Positions 1 through 10,413 of a stretch of DNA of 28,968 nucleotides are shown piece by piece. Position 1 is the first letter of the stretch; every line of letters begins with the position of its first letter. The translations under genes and the position numbers were made by a program. The notes beneath the pieces are model-generated. The model worked only from the letters and a program-made list of their open reading frames with translations. It had not been told where the DNA came from and ran no database searches. The stretch is taken from positions 1-28,968 of the forward strand of contig NW_021836942.1 of NCBI RefSeq assembly GCF_006345805.1, in the 5' to 3' direction. The stretch is from Octopus sinensis. Its lineage: Eukaryota.

Positions 1-190
1 CAAAACCAAATAACAAAAACAAAGATACAAAGAACAGATAGAAATAATGCACAAGACCAAGTATAAAATTGTTTAGTAGAAGAAAATGCACGACTATTGT
101 TACTTCTAGTGTTTCTACCGTAGTACTAATATTACTACTACACTAAATTACAGTAGACAATATACTAATGTATTCTCACCCCACACTTAC

Positions 191-307
191 ACTTTAATCC
201 GGTAGGGAGCGTTGTTATATCCGGTGACACTGTACGTACACGTTCCGTGGTTTCATCTTTTCGATTAGGATATCCGTTAGTGGATAGTGTTGTCCTGTGT
301 CTGGATC
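191..307 (-). CDS. Ig-superfamily protein, exon e (Thr/Pro-rich stalk)
   Basis: Acceptor CCCCGTCCCTTCACCTCCAG; donor GTAAGT at 190; 117 nt, phase 1-1 compatible with exon d. Encodes (R)SRHRTTLSTNGYPNRKDETTERVRTVSPDITTLPTGLK. Weaker in-frame AAG acceptors exist a little upstream, so the exon start is less certain. Confidence 0.72.
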
Positions 308-569
308 CTGGAGGTGAAGGGACGGGGTTTTTACGTCGTCCTTTCTCGCCTTTTTTTTTCATTGATTTTTTTTTAAAAAACCGAAAATAATGTTAAGAAT
401 ATACAAAATGATATAAATATGTTATGTGGATATGCGTATATATATTATGCGGATATGTATGTATGTATATATATGCATATATATATATATATGATATATA
501 TATATATATATATATTAGATATATGATATATATATATATATATATAATATAAATATATATATATATAAC

Positions 570-957
570 TTACAAAATAAGGGCAAAAGAAAAATTCTAA
601 TGCCAAATATGCCGAAAAAAACAAAAGACAAAATTGTAAATAACCATTATAATTTATGCGTCTCGAAACAAGCCGATAGAAATTTCTAAAAAATCCGTTA
701 TTACCGTATTGGTCCCAATTTCGGGGTCAATTCATAAGAATTTTCCCCTCGTCAGCGATAAATACGTAAGACATAAATGAGATACTTACTCATACCGATG
801 GAAAAAGCAAGCACTAAGTCCCGAGCAGACCTAAATATCCCAAATATATCCAAAATAGAAAATCTTCAGCACATCTCGACCCACGTGTGATTCGAACTAG
901 AAACTTTCACAGAGTGAGAGAATTCGAAAGTGAACACTATTTTATCCTACATTAGTT
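570..957 (-). mobile_element. Putative Penelope-like/retrozyme fragment carrying the hammerhead
   Basis: A ~390 bp non-simple segment between two (TA)n tracts containing the hammerhead; the element class is inferred only from the ribozyme. Confidence 0.35.
696..766 (-). ncRNA. Type I hammerhead ribozyme motif (intronic, sense to the host gene)
   Basis: Minus strand reads CGUAUUUAUCG-CUGACGA-GGGG AA AAUUC UUAU GAAUU GA CCCC-GAAA-UUG GGAC CAA-UA-CGGUAAUAACG. All core nucleotides are present, three helices form, and the AUA cleavage site falls after nt 707. Confidence 0.8.
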
Positions 958-1411
958 GTATATATATATATATATATACATATATATACTCACATATTGG
1001 ATTTTAATATTGACTAGATCTATATTCGAAAGAGTTTCCATGATGACCATGCCATCGATTTTTGTTTTTCTATTGTTTTGTTTCCATATCTATGATATAA
1101 ATCCCGTTCTGTGTGTGTGTTATTCTGTGTGCACGTGTGTGTGTGTGTGTGTGTAAAAAATTATAACGGTCGTATTTTTCAACTGATTTTCTCCAAACTA
1201 GGAACGTACATTACTTATGTTCCTGGGATGGTTTTAGACTCTTAAAAATTTTCACATAATGCGTAACAGGCCTCCTGGGGTACAGGAAACATCCGTTTCT
1301 GGGATACGTGAAGAGATGTAACGCTTTGTGAAGTAACTTTCAGAAATTGATAATCTCCCTTACATCTATTGGTCAAAAAATTATACACACGCATACACAT
1401 GCATACACACA

Positions 1412-1450
<39 letters not shown>

Positions 1451-1593
1451 TTTACAAGCTAAAAACAGCAGGTTGTATTTAATATTAATCATAACTATGT
1501 TCGAAAACGTTTTAATGATGATTACACAGTCTTTTTTTTTCGCATTTTGTGTCTTTCTTTTTTGTTTTTGGCGGAAGGAATTGATATGCACTA

Positions 1594-1814
1594 TACGAGG
1601 TGGGTGTTGAAAAGTTCCTGACTTCGGGTAAAAGAAAATACAGGAGAATCAGTTAATTATGATTTTATTCAACATATACTCCTCTCAGATTCACACATTG
1701 CAGCGGTGTCCTTCAGATTTTCTAAGCCCTAAAAAAGAACTCGGATGGTTGGGCCTACATCCAGGCCTTTCACAAAACCCTTAAAGCCAGGAACTTTTCA
1801 GGACCCCACTCATA
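1594..1814. mobile_element. Tc1/mariner-type MITE (~220 bp)
   Basis: Imperfect ~30 bp TIRs (TACGAGGTGGGTGTTGAAAAGTTCCTG ... CAGGAACTTTTCAGGACCCCACTCATA) with TA at both ends. Confidence 0.75.
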
Positions 1815-2296
1815 GTGAGGATATAGGGACGATCAATATGTTTTGCGATATTTTCTCTGGCTCATTGTAGACTTAACGTCTTAGGTCGTAGATTTCATCC
1901 ATTATCCGATTTAATGCCCTAAAAAATTGTCATTTAGTTTAATACCAACACCACCTGGTCCTTGGATGGCCTTAGCGGAGCCCAGTTTGTTGCAAGAATT
2001 CATGTCAAGAATTCTGCGTGAGTATAACTTTCTTTGACAGGTCTTAGCGACCTTGAAACAATAAGCGATCATATACCCTGCCCTTTATTTTTTTACTAAG
2101 CCAATACAAATAAAATTGTCCAATGCATCCTTCCATTTTTTGTTTCTTTCTGAGACGGCACAATGTGATTTGAGGAAGATTTGGCTGTTATTTCTAACAG
2201 GTCGAATGATGTGGTAGAGACTTCCTCGTTGGCTCTTCAAATGCTAATGTTTCAATCTTTAATGCGTGCAGAGTGAAGAGTGAATAGCAATGAGTG

Positions 2297-2385
<89 letters not shown>

Positions 2386-3499
2386 ATGTATGTATGTATG
2401 TATGTATGTATGATGTATATCATTGTCATAAAGACCGCACTTGTCGGAGAAAGAGTGAAGTTAAATCTGAAGGTGTTATTCAATGGCTGAAACAGAAAGG
2501 GTAGGACACTTCTGATGACCACATTTTGGGCACCCGAGTCATGTGATGAGAAACCGAACAAGTTGTTATTCGACCGGAAGCCTTGCTCTAATACTTACAA
2601 CAGAATAGATTTTTCTAATCTGCTCGAGGGTTTAGTGAAAGTTTTAAACAGTCGATGGATTAAGTGAGCCACTGTATAACAGAAACAGAACTCAAGACGA
2701 GCTTTCATATAGAAAATTCTACAAAATTCTTCCATAGAGTCAATGGTAGAAGACACTTGTCATACATAGAAGAAGGGCCAATATCTACGGTATTTGCAGG
2801 CCACACCACACAAGCCTTCCCAGACTGAGTGTTGTAGTTAACGCCATCTGCTACTCATTGCCAAGAAAAGAAACAGACGTGAAGGAGAACCTTCAGTCTA
2901 CAACCAATAGGTTAGATTTTGATCTCTGAATAAGTTAGGGGAGATGTTACTTGCAGCGTTGTTAACAGCAATTTAGATGTCCTCACCAAAACTTTATATC
3001 TCACTACTTTATTTATCTGCATACTTGCTCCCTTTTCTGAGCTTGTCCTAAATATGGCCTTGAACTGCATTCTGTAGTGAGATCCTAGTTCGGGAGTGTC
3101 AAGATTTTGAGGAATGTCAAACCACTTATAGCCACTAAGTTTTCCAGACTACTCTGACCAGAAGTAAGTAGCACCCATCATGGTCCCAGCCATGGATAAA
3201 ATACCTTAGAACTACCCAAGGCAGACTACTTTGAAATCATGGGATGCATTTCGGCAAATGAACTTATTGAGTCAATGGCAAATATTATCAGGTGCTGAGT
3301 TGATGAACGGACAACAAACTATCAACAGCCAGGATCAACCAGTTCAGTTAGCGAATTACTGCTATTACCTGTAGTCGCGGTGTGTAGAGATATCTCAGCA
3401 GGTAAATAATCAATTCTGCTGAAACCCAAGCCAGACGTTCATGCCTCATTGCTCGATCGGGACATCTAGCGTAGGATAGGGTTTCACAGGTCCAAGGAA

Positions 3500-3865
3500 G
3501 TCGCCCGACTGCATTGAATGCTCTGAATGCTACATGGAGAATTCATTTAATCACGCACAGCTTTATTAAGATCTACCAAAAGCGATTGAGATGATTCAGC
3601 AGAGAAGAATGAGAATCGTTTGTCATTGTATCAAGTACCCAGAAGAATCTCTGTGTCAACTGGTCTTATGGCAATCAGTTGAAGGAAGAATCAACAAGGG
3701 AAGAAAACGTCTAACCTATGTGGACAACTTGCTTCGGGACAGTGGAATAGCAAATGTTGGTGAATTAAGAACATGCATGGAGATCCGTGGCGGATAGCGG
3801 ACTCGCATGAAGTCATTGAAATGTCCGGAAGGACGGCCAAACTAAACTGGATTGAATGAATAATT
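3500..3865 (+). mobile_element. 3' fragment of an RTE-like LINE
   Basis: Degenerate ORF end (LNATWRIHL, DLPK, IQQRRMRIVCHC, LVLWQ..EGRINKGRKRLTYVDNLLRDSG..ELRTCM) resembles the post-RT C-terminus of RTE-clade elements; contains stops and frameshifts. Confidence 0.65.
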
Positions 3866-4042
3866 CGCGGCATGCTACAGCGCCTAAATGAAACAGATTT
3901 TAACCTCTATTTTCAATCAAGCTATCCCTCCCAAATTTTTAATAACGCCCCCACCCCAAGAGAGAGTTACAGTTTCTCTTTGAGAAACATGAATTTAGAT
4001 ACGCTGGGTAGTTGAATGCCGTGATGTTATACACGGAGTATT

Positions 4043-4375
4043 TTTTAAAGACTCCGTCGGTTACGACGACGAGGGTCCCAGCTGATACGATCAACGGAAC
4101 AGCTTGCTCGTGAAATTAACGTGCAAATGGCTGAGCATTCCACAGACAACGTGTACCCTTAACGTAGTTCTCGGGGATAATCAGCGTGACACAGAGAAAG
4201 TGACAAGGCTTGACCCTTTGAAATACAAGTACAAACTCATTTTTGCCAGCTGAGTGGATGGAGCAAGTGAAATAAAGTGTCTTGCTCAAGGACACAACGC
4301 GTCGCCGGGAATCGAACTCACAACCTTACGATCATGAGCCGATTGCCCTAACCACTAAGCCACGCGCCCTCATCG
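4043..4375 (-). mobile_element. tRNA-derived SINE, family B (core + tail 1)
   Basis: tRNA-like head with A/B boxes, core TGTGTCCTTGAGCAAGACACTTTATTTCAC, and an 11-bp TSD CACGGAGTATT at 4032-4042 and 4376-4386. Confidence 0.88.
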
Positions 4376-4521
4376 CACGGAGTATTAGCAGCCAGTGAAC
4401 TAGTTGGTGGTACTCCATTGACGCCAGTGAGAGCTATATCACCAGCCCTCCTGAACAAAATATCTTACACAAATCTAAAAAAAAGAACACCATCATCAAA
4501 GACAACGTCTATTATACTTAC

Positions 4522-4821
4522 GTTTTAACGTAACTTCTTCTGTGCTGTTACCATATTTGTTGTTTGCTATACATTCATATGTTCCAAAGTCTTTCTTTTT
4601 AAGATTTTTAATTATTAGGATGAAAGTATAATTGCTATTGCTTTGAAAATCAAAATCTATTTCCATTCTTTTCTTTATAGCTGGTATTTTAGACACTTCA
4701 ATGCCGTTCTTTCTCCAATTCATAAAGGTCAGTGGAAGTGAATTAATCTTACAACGCAGTGTCATAGAATCGCCCAGTTTGTGGTTGATTACTTTGTTGG
4801 CAACTGACACTTTTGGTTTTC
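4522..4821 (-). CDS. Ig-superfamily protein, exon d (complete Ig3, lachesin/DIP-like)
   Basis: Acceptor TTTAATCCTTGCAG; donor GTAAGT at 4521; 300 nt, phase 1-1. Encodes (G)KPKVSVANKVINHKLGDSMTLRC...WRKNG...LIIKNLKKKDFGTYECIANNKYGNSTEEVTLK. Confidence 0.93.
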
Positions 4822-4937
4822 CTGCAAGGATTAAAACTTAAAATAAACCACAAAATTCAAAGTTTATGTGAATTTGTAAACATTTATATTGCAATAAGAA
4901 CTGCCTTCCGCTTCGAACATTCTCATCCACCTACACC

Positions 4938-4968
<31 letters not shown>

Positions 4969-4982
4969 CTATATATATAATA

Positions 4983-5010
<28 letters not shown>

Positions 5011-5017
<7 letters not shown>

Positions 5018-5218
5018 GCCGCGTGTGTACCGTTGGCGATTTTTTTCCTCTGTCTTCCTTTCTCTGGATCTCTCCTTTTTCTATGTTTCTGACGAAGAGC
5101 TCCGCTCGAAACGTTAAACCCTCCTTCTTTCCTTCTTTCCTGAGCGTCCAATAATACTATATGTATTCCACGTCCTCGCGTTGTTGTGTTTTTTTTGTGC
5201 TTTCTAGTTTGGATTAAC
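5011..5218 (+). mobile_element. Penelope-like terminal fragment (family D) with minimal hammerhead motif
   Basis: Clear homolog of 12662-12867; both copies sit in (TA)n tracts. Contains GTTT-CTGACGA-A-GAGC TCC GCTC-GAAAC-GTT-AAAC at 5085-5119. Confidence 0.6.
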
Positions 5219-5224
5219 TTTATA

Positions 5225-5730
5225 TATATATATATAGACGGCAAAATGTCTGTGTATCTGTGTGTCTGTGTGTCCTTTATACAAATCCACAGTTTTTCAC
5301 GTAAAAGGCTCGCATTTTCTATGGGCTTTCAAAACTGTTTGAGGGGGGTCGTTAAGATCTTTTCATTTCCCCAGTCACCCCAGAAAACCATTTTTAAAAA
5401 TCCATAAACTGACCCCTTATGCCTATAAGTTATTATGCCGCCAAATTCAAGTTTTTCGCTTTCTTCTGCCTCCTTTTTTGTCCGACTAATAGCATGTGCA
5501 CAGTCCTGCAGATTTTCCATGATTATGCCGTTCCAGGTGTGAAAGCCGAAGTCCAATGAATATTAATTACTCCCATGAAAAAATCCAACTAGGCATAAAC
5601 AATAAAACTGGCCCGGGCTGAAATGTGATAAGGGACTTAGCTCTTGATTTAGTGAGAAATTTTTACTGCGATCCGGCAACGAACAACAAGCACTAGCACT
5701 AGACCCGGCAACGCCGTGTCATAGTGCTAG
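5225..5730 (+). mobile_element. Non-autonomous Helitron-like element
   Basis: 3' hairpin ACCCGGC-AAC-GCCGTGT, then 7 nt, then CTAG followed by T (5727-5731). A TCTG/TGTG microsatellite lies near the 5' end; the 5' boundary is hidden in (TA)n. Confidence 0.6.
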
Positions 5731-5751
5731 TATATATAGGGGTATATATAG

Positions 5752-6159
5752 CCACAGGAGTGGCTGTGTGGTAAGTAGCTTGCTAACCAACCACATGGTT
5801 CCGGCTTCAGTCCCACTGCGTGGCATCTTGAGCAAGTGTCTTCTGCTATAGCCCGGGCCGACCAATGCCTTGTGAGTGGATTTGGTAGACGGAAACTGAA
5901 GAAGCCTGTCGTATGTATGTGTATATATATATATGTGTGTGTGTGTAGTTGTGGGTGTTTGTCCCCCTAGCATTGCTTGAAAACCGATGCTGGGTGTTTA
6001 CGTCCCCGTCACTTAGCGGTTCGGCAAAAGAAACCGATAGAATAAGTACTGGGCTTACAAAGAATAAGTCCCGGGATTGATTTGCTCGACTAAATGCGGT
6101 GCTCCAGCATGGCCGCAGTCAAATGACTGAAACAAGTAAAAGAGTAAAAGAGGAAAAGA

Positions 6160-6160
<1 letters not shown>
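5752..6160 (+). mobile_element. tRNA-derived SINE, family A
   Basis: Head GGAGTGGCTGTGTGGTAAGTAGC...GTTCC, internal (TA)/(TG) microsatellite, tail GACTGAAACAAGTAAAAGAG; more than 10 homologs in the window. Confidence 0.9.
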
Positions 6161-6196
<36 letters not shown>

Positions 6197-6379
6197 GTAG
6201 TATCAGCGTCAAGCTGTGATTAGGCATAAGCGAACCTTAGGTTACGGTACAAAGGTTTTTACACCTTTTACCATAAGAGAGAAGTTTTTCTCCACGTAAC
6301 AGTAGTGAATTTGCCTTCAGAAGTTGAAATATGTCAGAAACATATTTTAACTGACCTAAAGTTCGAAAATGTGGTCGAT

Positions 6380-7352
6380 GATTTTCATTACACTTGCGCT
6401 GCTTTTGTTTCATATTTAAATTTATTGTTACGTAAGCATTGTCCAAGCATACCAGCACATGGTTTACACAGTATATGCATATAAGTTGTGGACTGGCGGT
6501 ATGATTCTCATCCGATTCGATTCGAGTACGTGATGTTGATATGCCACAAAAATGGCGGAACATCGAGGTCCACCACTCCTGGATGGGATGTGGGGTGAGT
6601 TATCTCGCCTGTCCACGACTCCCGGTTGTTTTAACACACGACGCTTTGAGAGAGAGTAATCTACACCACGCCGAATCGCAGCCGACCGACAAATACAAGG
6701 AGTATTTTCATTGAGTATGTGGTTGATCGTCATGCAAAAGTTATCGGCTATACATGCTTAGCAAATGTTTTGCTTATACGCCCATTTGTTGCCCGATGAA
6801 AGCTCTGTACACGACACCTGGGTATTACAAAAACACCGAATGCCACAGACCAGGCGTGACAACTCGCCTCGAATGACAAAGGATAGTAGATATCGATATT
6901 TCGCCATTATCGTGATTTCCCAATACCAGGTACTTGAACCAGCTCGAGACAAAGTGAAACATTGGTCTGGGACTCTATGCAAATAGAGTGAATTCTAATT
7001 GCTAATGTACTGCAGCGTAGCACATGGGAAAGGAACTTAAATTACGAATTAAAAGTAGTTCTAATAAAATAAGCATTATCGGTCGCTATCCCGCAACAAA
7101 TGGGCGTATAAACAAAACACATACGCTATGTATTTGCGACTGATAATAGTTATATCACTAGAGCTGCTATTAATTTGTAATTTAATCTCCTTTTACATGT
7201 GCTACGCCGCTGCACATGAGCAATTAGACTTCACCCAGTCTAGCGATTCACTTCGTTTCGAAGTGATCCAAGCATATGGTTCTGATAAGCCGCAATAATG
7301 ACGAAATATCGATATCTACCGTTCTCAGTCATTCGAGGCGAGCTGACACGCA
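6380..7352. repeat. Three diverged copies of one unit in alternating orientation, including a long inverted repeat (arms ~6850-7086 and ~7136-7352)
   Basis: Shared blocks such as CTCGCCTCGAATGAC, GTAGATATCGATATTTCG and CTAATTGCT..TGT...GCGTAGCACATG recur in reverse complement; a third, more diverged copy lies at ~6480-6650. Confidence 0.85.
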
Positions 7353-8613
7353 TGGTCGTGTACTGAACTTTCCCTGGACGCTCTACCGAAGCAAATGAGC
7401 GTGTAAACGTAACACATAAACTAGGTATGTGGCCGATAGTAAATATATTTTTTTTCGATGACCAGATAACTGAAGAGATGGCGGCGTGGGTCCCCGCCCC
7501 GACATCCGAAACTCGGAGTTTCATCATGGCTACCGAATAACTGTCACATATTAATTTTACAGATAAATTCCTCAATTTACATAATATCGAGGTCTCTTTC
7601 ATTCTTTTGTTGTCTTACCATTCCTATCACAGCACTTATAAAATAAATATTCACTCTACTTTTCTGCTTTCACCATAAACAAAAAAATATCCCGTACACA
7701 TGATACAATCTTTAGTTAAATTGCATATATCTGCCACTTCGATAAGCGTGAATATTTCACGGAATTGCACTTATGTACATGCATTAAGTGATAGATGATA
7801 TGAAAACTTAGTTCAATAAAAAATATACACTTTTCACTATCCAATTACAAACACCATCATCATCATCATTTCTTTCTCCCTACTCTCTTTCTTCTCTCTC
7901 CCTTCTCCTCTCTCTCTCTCTCTCTCTCTTTCTGTACCTTCTCTCTCTACCTTTCTTTAACCTCACCTTCAGAACATCACCCCTCTGCTAAAATTATATT
8001 TTTAACTTTCTTCCTCTATATCACTACCTTCAACGAACGTTTTTTTGACCATGTAATAAATATTACGTTGCCCCTACCTCGCGTCATTGGATGCTTCTCT
8101 CTCCCTCTTTTTCTTTCTCCCTTTTTCTGTCTCACTCTTTTTCTTTCTCCCTTTTCTTTCTCCTCTCTTTCATTTCACCCATTAATATGAAAGCGTTACA
8201 ATTACATTCCCTCTACCTAACGCTAAGGACGCTTCTTTCTATCCCTCTTTTTCTCCCTCCCTCTTTTTCTCTAATCATGTGAAAGCGTTACCGACGAACT
8301 AAGTAACGCAATAACAAGCAGAATTATTATAAGATATATTATTTCATAACTTACAATATCCAATATGTACATCTTTATTAAAAACATTAGGGAGTAATTT
8401 TAAGGAAAATGTAGCTATTAATTTTTGCAAGCCCGTCATCTCTGTACATGCCTCATTTTTAATACTCGTTGGGGCTATTGATGTTATTAGTGCTTTAAAA
8501 ATTACTGGTGATGTTGGTATTTCTGTTGTTATTTATTGTTGCTACACTTTTGTATGTCATTGGTGATGCTGATGTTGCTGTTTGTTGTTGACACTATTTT
8601 TAATATTACTGAT

Positions 8614-8938
8614 GGTGTGGCGGTGTGGTAAGAAGCTTTCTTCCTAACCACATGGTTCCAGCTTCAATCCCACTGTGTGGCACCTTGGACGAGTGTTTGT
8701 TTTTTTACGGTAGTCTCAGGCCGACTGAGAGTGGATTTGGTAAACAGAAGCTGAAAGAAGCTCGTTGTGTGCATGTGTGCGTGGTGTGTGTGTGTGTGTG
8801 TGTGTGATGGAATAATTACCAAGCTTAACAAAATTAATTATTGGGGTCGATTCATTCGACCAAACGTTCTTTAAGGTGGTGCCCAAGCATGGCCGCAGCC
8901 TACTGACTGAAACAAGTAAATGAATAGGAGAATAAAAG
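8614..8938 (+). mobile_element. SINE family A, internally deleted copy
   Basis: Family A head and tail with the segment after the microsatellite missing. Confidence 0.8.
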
Positions 8939-8949
8939 ACTTATGTTTA

Positions 8950-9552
8950 AGCCGTCGATCTGGCAAAGTCATTAGTATAATGGTCAAAATGCTTAGTAGC
9001 ATTTCGTCCGTCTTTACGTTCTGATTTCACAATCCGACTTTGCCGTTCGAGCACTGGGATCGACTTTGCAGTTCGAGCACTGGGATCGACTTTGCAGTTC
9101 GAGCATTCGGATCGACTTTGCAGTTCGAGCATTGGGATCGACTTTGCCGTTCGAGCATTCGGATCGAACTTTGCAGTTCGAGCATTGGGATCGACTTTGC
9201 AGTTCGAGCATTCGGATCGAACTTTGCAGTTCGAGCATTGGGATCGACTTTGCCGTTCGAGCATTGGGATCGACTTTGCCGTTCGAGCACTGGGATCGAC
9301 TTTGCAGTTCGAGCATTGGGATCGACTTTGCCGTTCGAGCATTGGGATCAGACTTTGCAGTTCGAGCATTGGTATCGACTTTGCAGTTCGAGCATTTGGA
9401 TCGACTTTGCAGTTCGAGCATTGGAATCGACTTTGCAGTTCGAGCACTGGGATCGATGTAATCGATTTAACCCACCACCATCACACACACACCCCACTAC
9501 ACCTCACCAACACCCCGAAATTGCTGGCCTTGTGTCAAAATCTGAAGCCAAT
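8950..9552 (+). mobile_element. SINE family C copy hosting a minisatellite
   Basis: AAAATGCTTAG..ATTTCGTCCGTCTTTACGTTCTGA before the array and GATGTAATCGA...CCCCGAAATTGCTGGCCTTGTG after it match the units at 14809-15580. Confidence 0.8.
9036..9454 (+). repeat. 26-bp minisatellite, 16 units (GACTTTGCAGTTCGAGCATTGGGATC)
   Basis: Units counted directly; they are 26-27 bp with few substitutions. Confidence 0.97.
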
Positions 9553-9915
9553 ATCATTGATGATGTTGATGTTCGAATGGCTTTTGCTCCAAAACATCTC
9601 TAGTTAAATAGAAGGGATTTGTAGTTTTTATTACACAGCTTATCTGCTAGAAACATACGGGGATAGGGGACGGGGAGGGGACATGAGTGAAATATCAACA
9701 TGACGCATCTGTGATATCTTCTGTTTATAGCTAACATTTCACCTCATAATTATACAGACAACTCACCACAGTCGCGGGAGCTGGATAAATGGATAGGTGT
9801 TTGTGTACGAGAGAGATTACACGCACGCACACACGCGCAAACACACATACACAAACACACACATACACACACACATACGCACTCATACACATTCACAGAT
9901 ACACACATACATATA

Positions 9916-9960
<45 letters not shown>

Positions 9961-10289
9961 CCTATATCCTATTCTAAGCTGACCCCCTTCCTATAATATG
10001 ACCGCGCCTGCTAGCTGGACCACTAGTCTCGCCCTACCCCACACGTACACACAGACGCACATAAGATATATATTTATTTTTTTTTTTTTTTTTTGTTGAT
10101 CATGTACAGGCACACACTCACACATTTTGGGTTACCAACTGATCCACTCTTGTGCCTTTAAAAACCCACTTTGTCTTTTCACATCACCATGTGCAACTCA
10201 CACAGTCATCTTTCGTTCATGTCTGTGTTCGAAACGTATACGTATGTATATAATACGTGTGTGTTGTTGTGTGTATTAAATTATGTATT

Positions 10290-10367
10290 ATGATATATAT
10301 ATATATATATATATGTATATATTACCTATAATATTGTATACGGTCTTTATATATCTGATGTAATATG

Positions 10368-10413
<46 letters not shown>

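Noticed and set aside
1-142. Minus-strand frame CSSNISTT...FYLFFVSLFLLFGF resembling a GPI/TM signal
   Set aside because: The nearest acceptor implies a 48-nt intron in the wrong phase, phase-1 AGs create TAA, and T-rich DNA gives hydrophobic residues by default.
2505-2560. CTGATGA...GAAA motif (similar cases at 18179, 26172 and 27362)
   Set aside because: The helices needed for a hammerhead are missing or out of register; expected by chance.
9036-9454. CRISPR-like appearance of the array
   Set aside because: The units are contiguous with no unique spacers, there are no cas genes, the context is a eukaryotic intron, and the array derives from a SINE.
8947-9607. Six overlapping 87-187 aa ORFs
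   Set aside because: They are translations of the 26-bp minisatellite, open in several frames on both strands with no domain signal.
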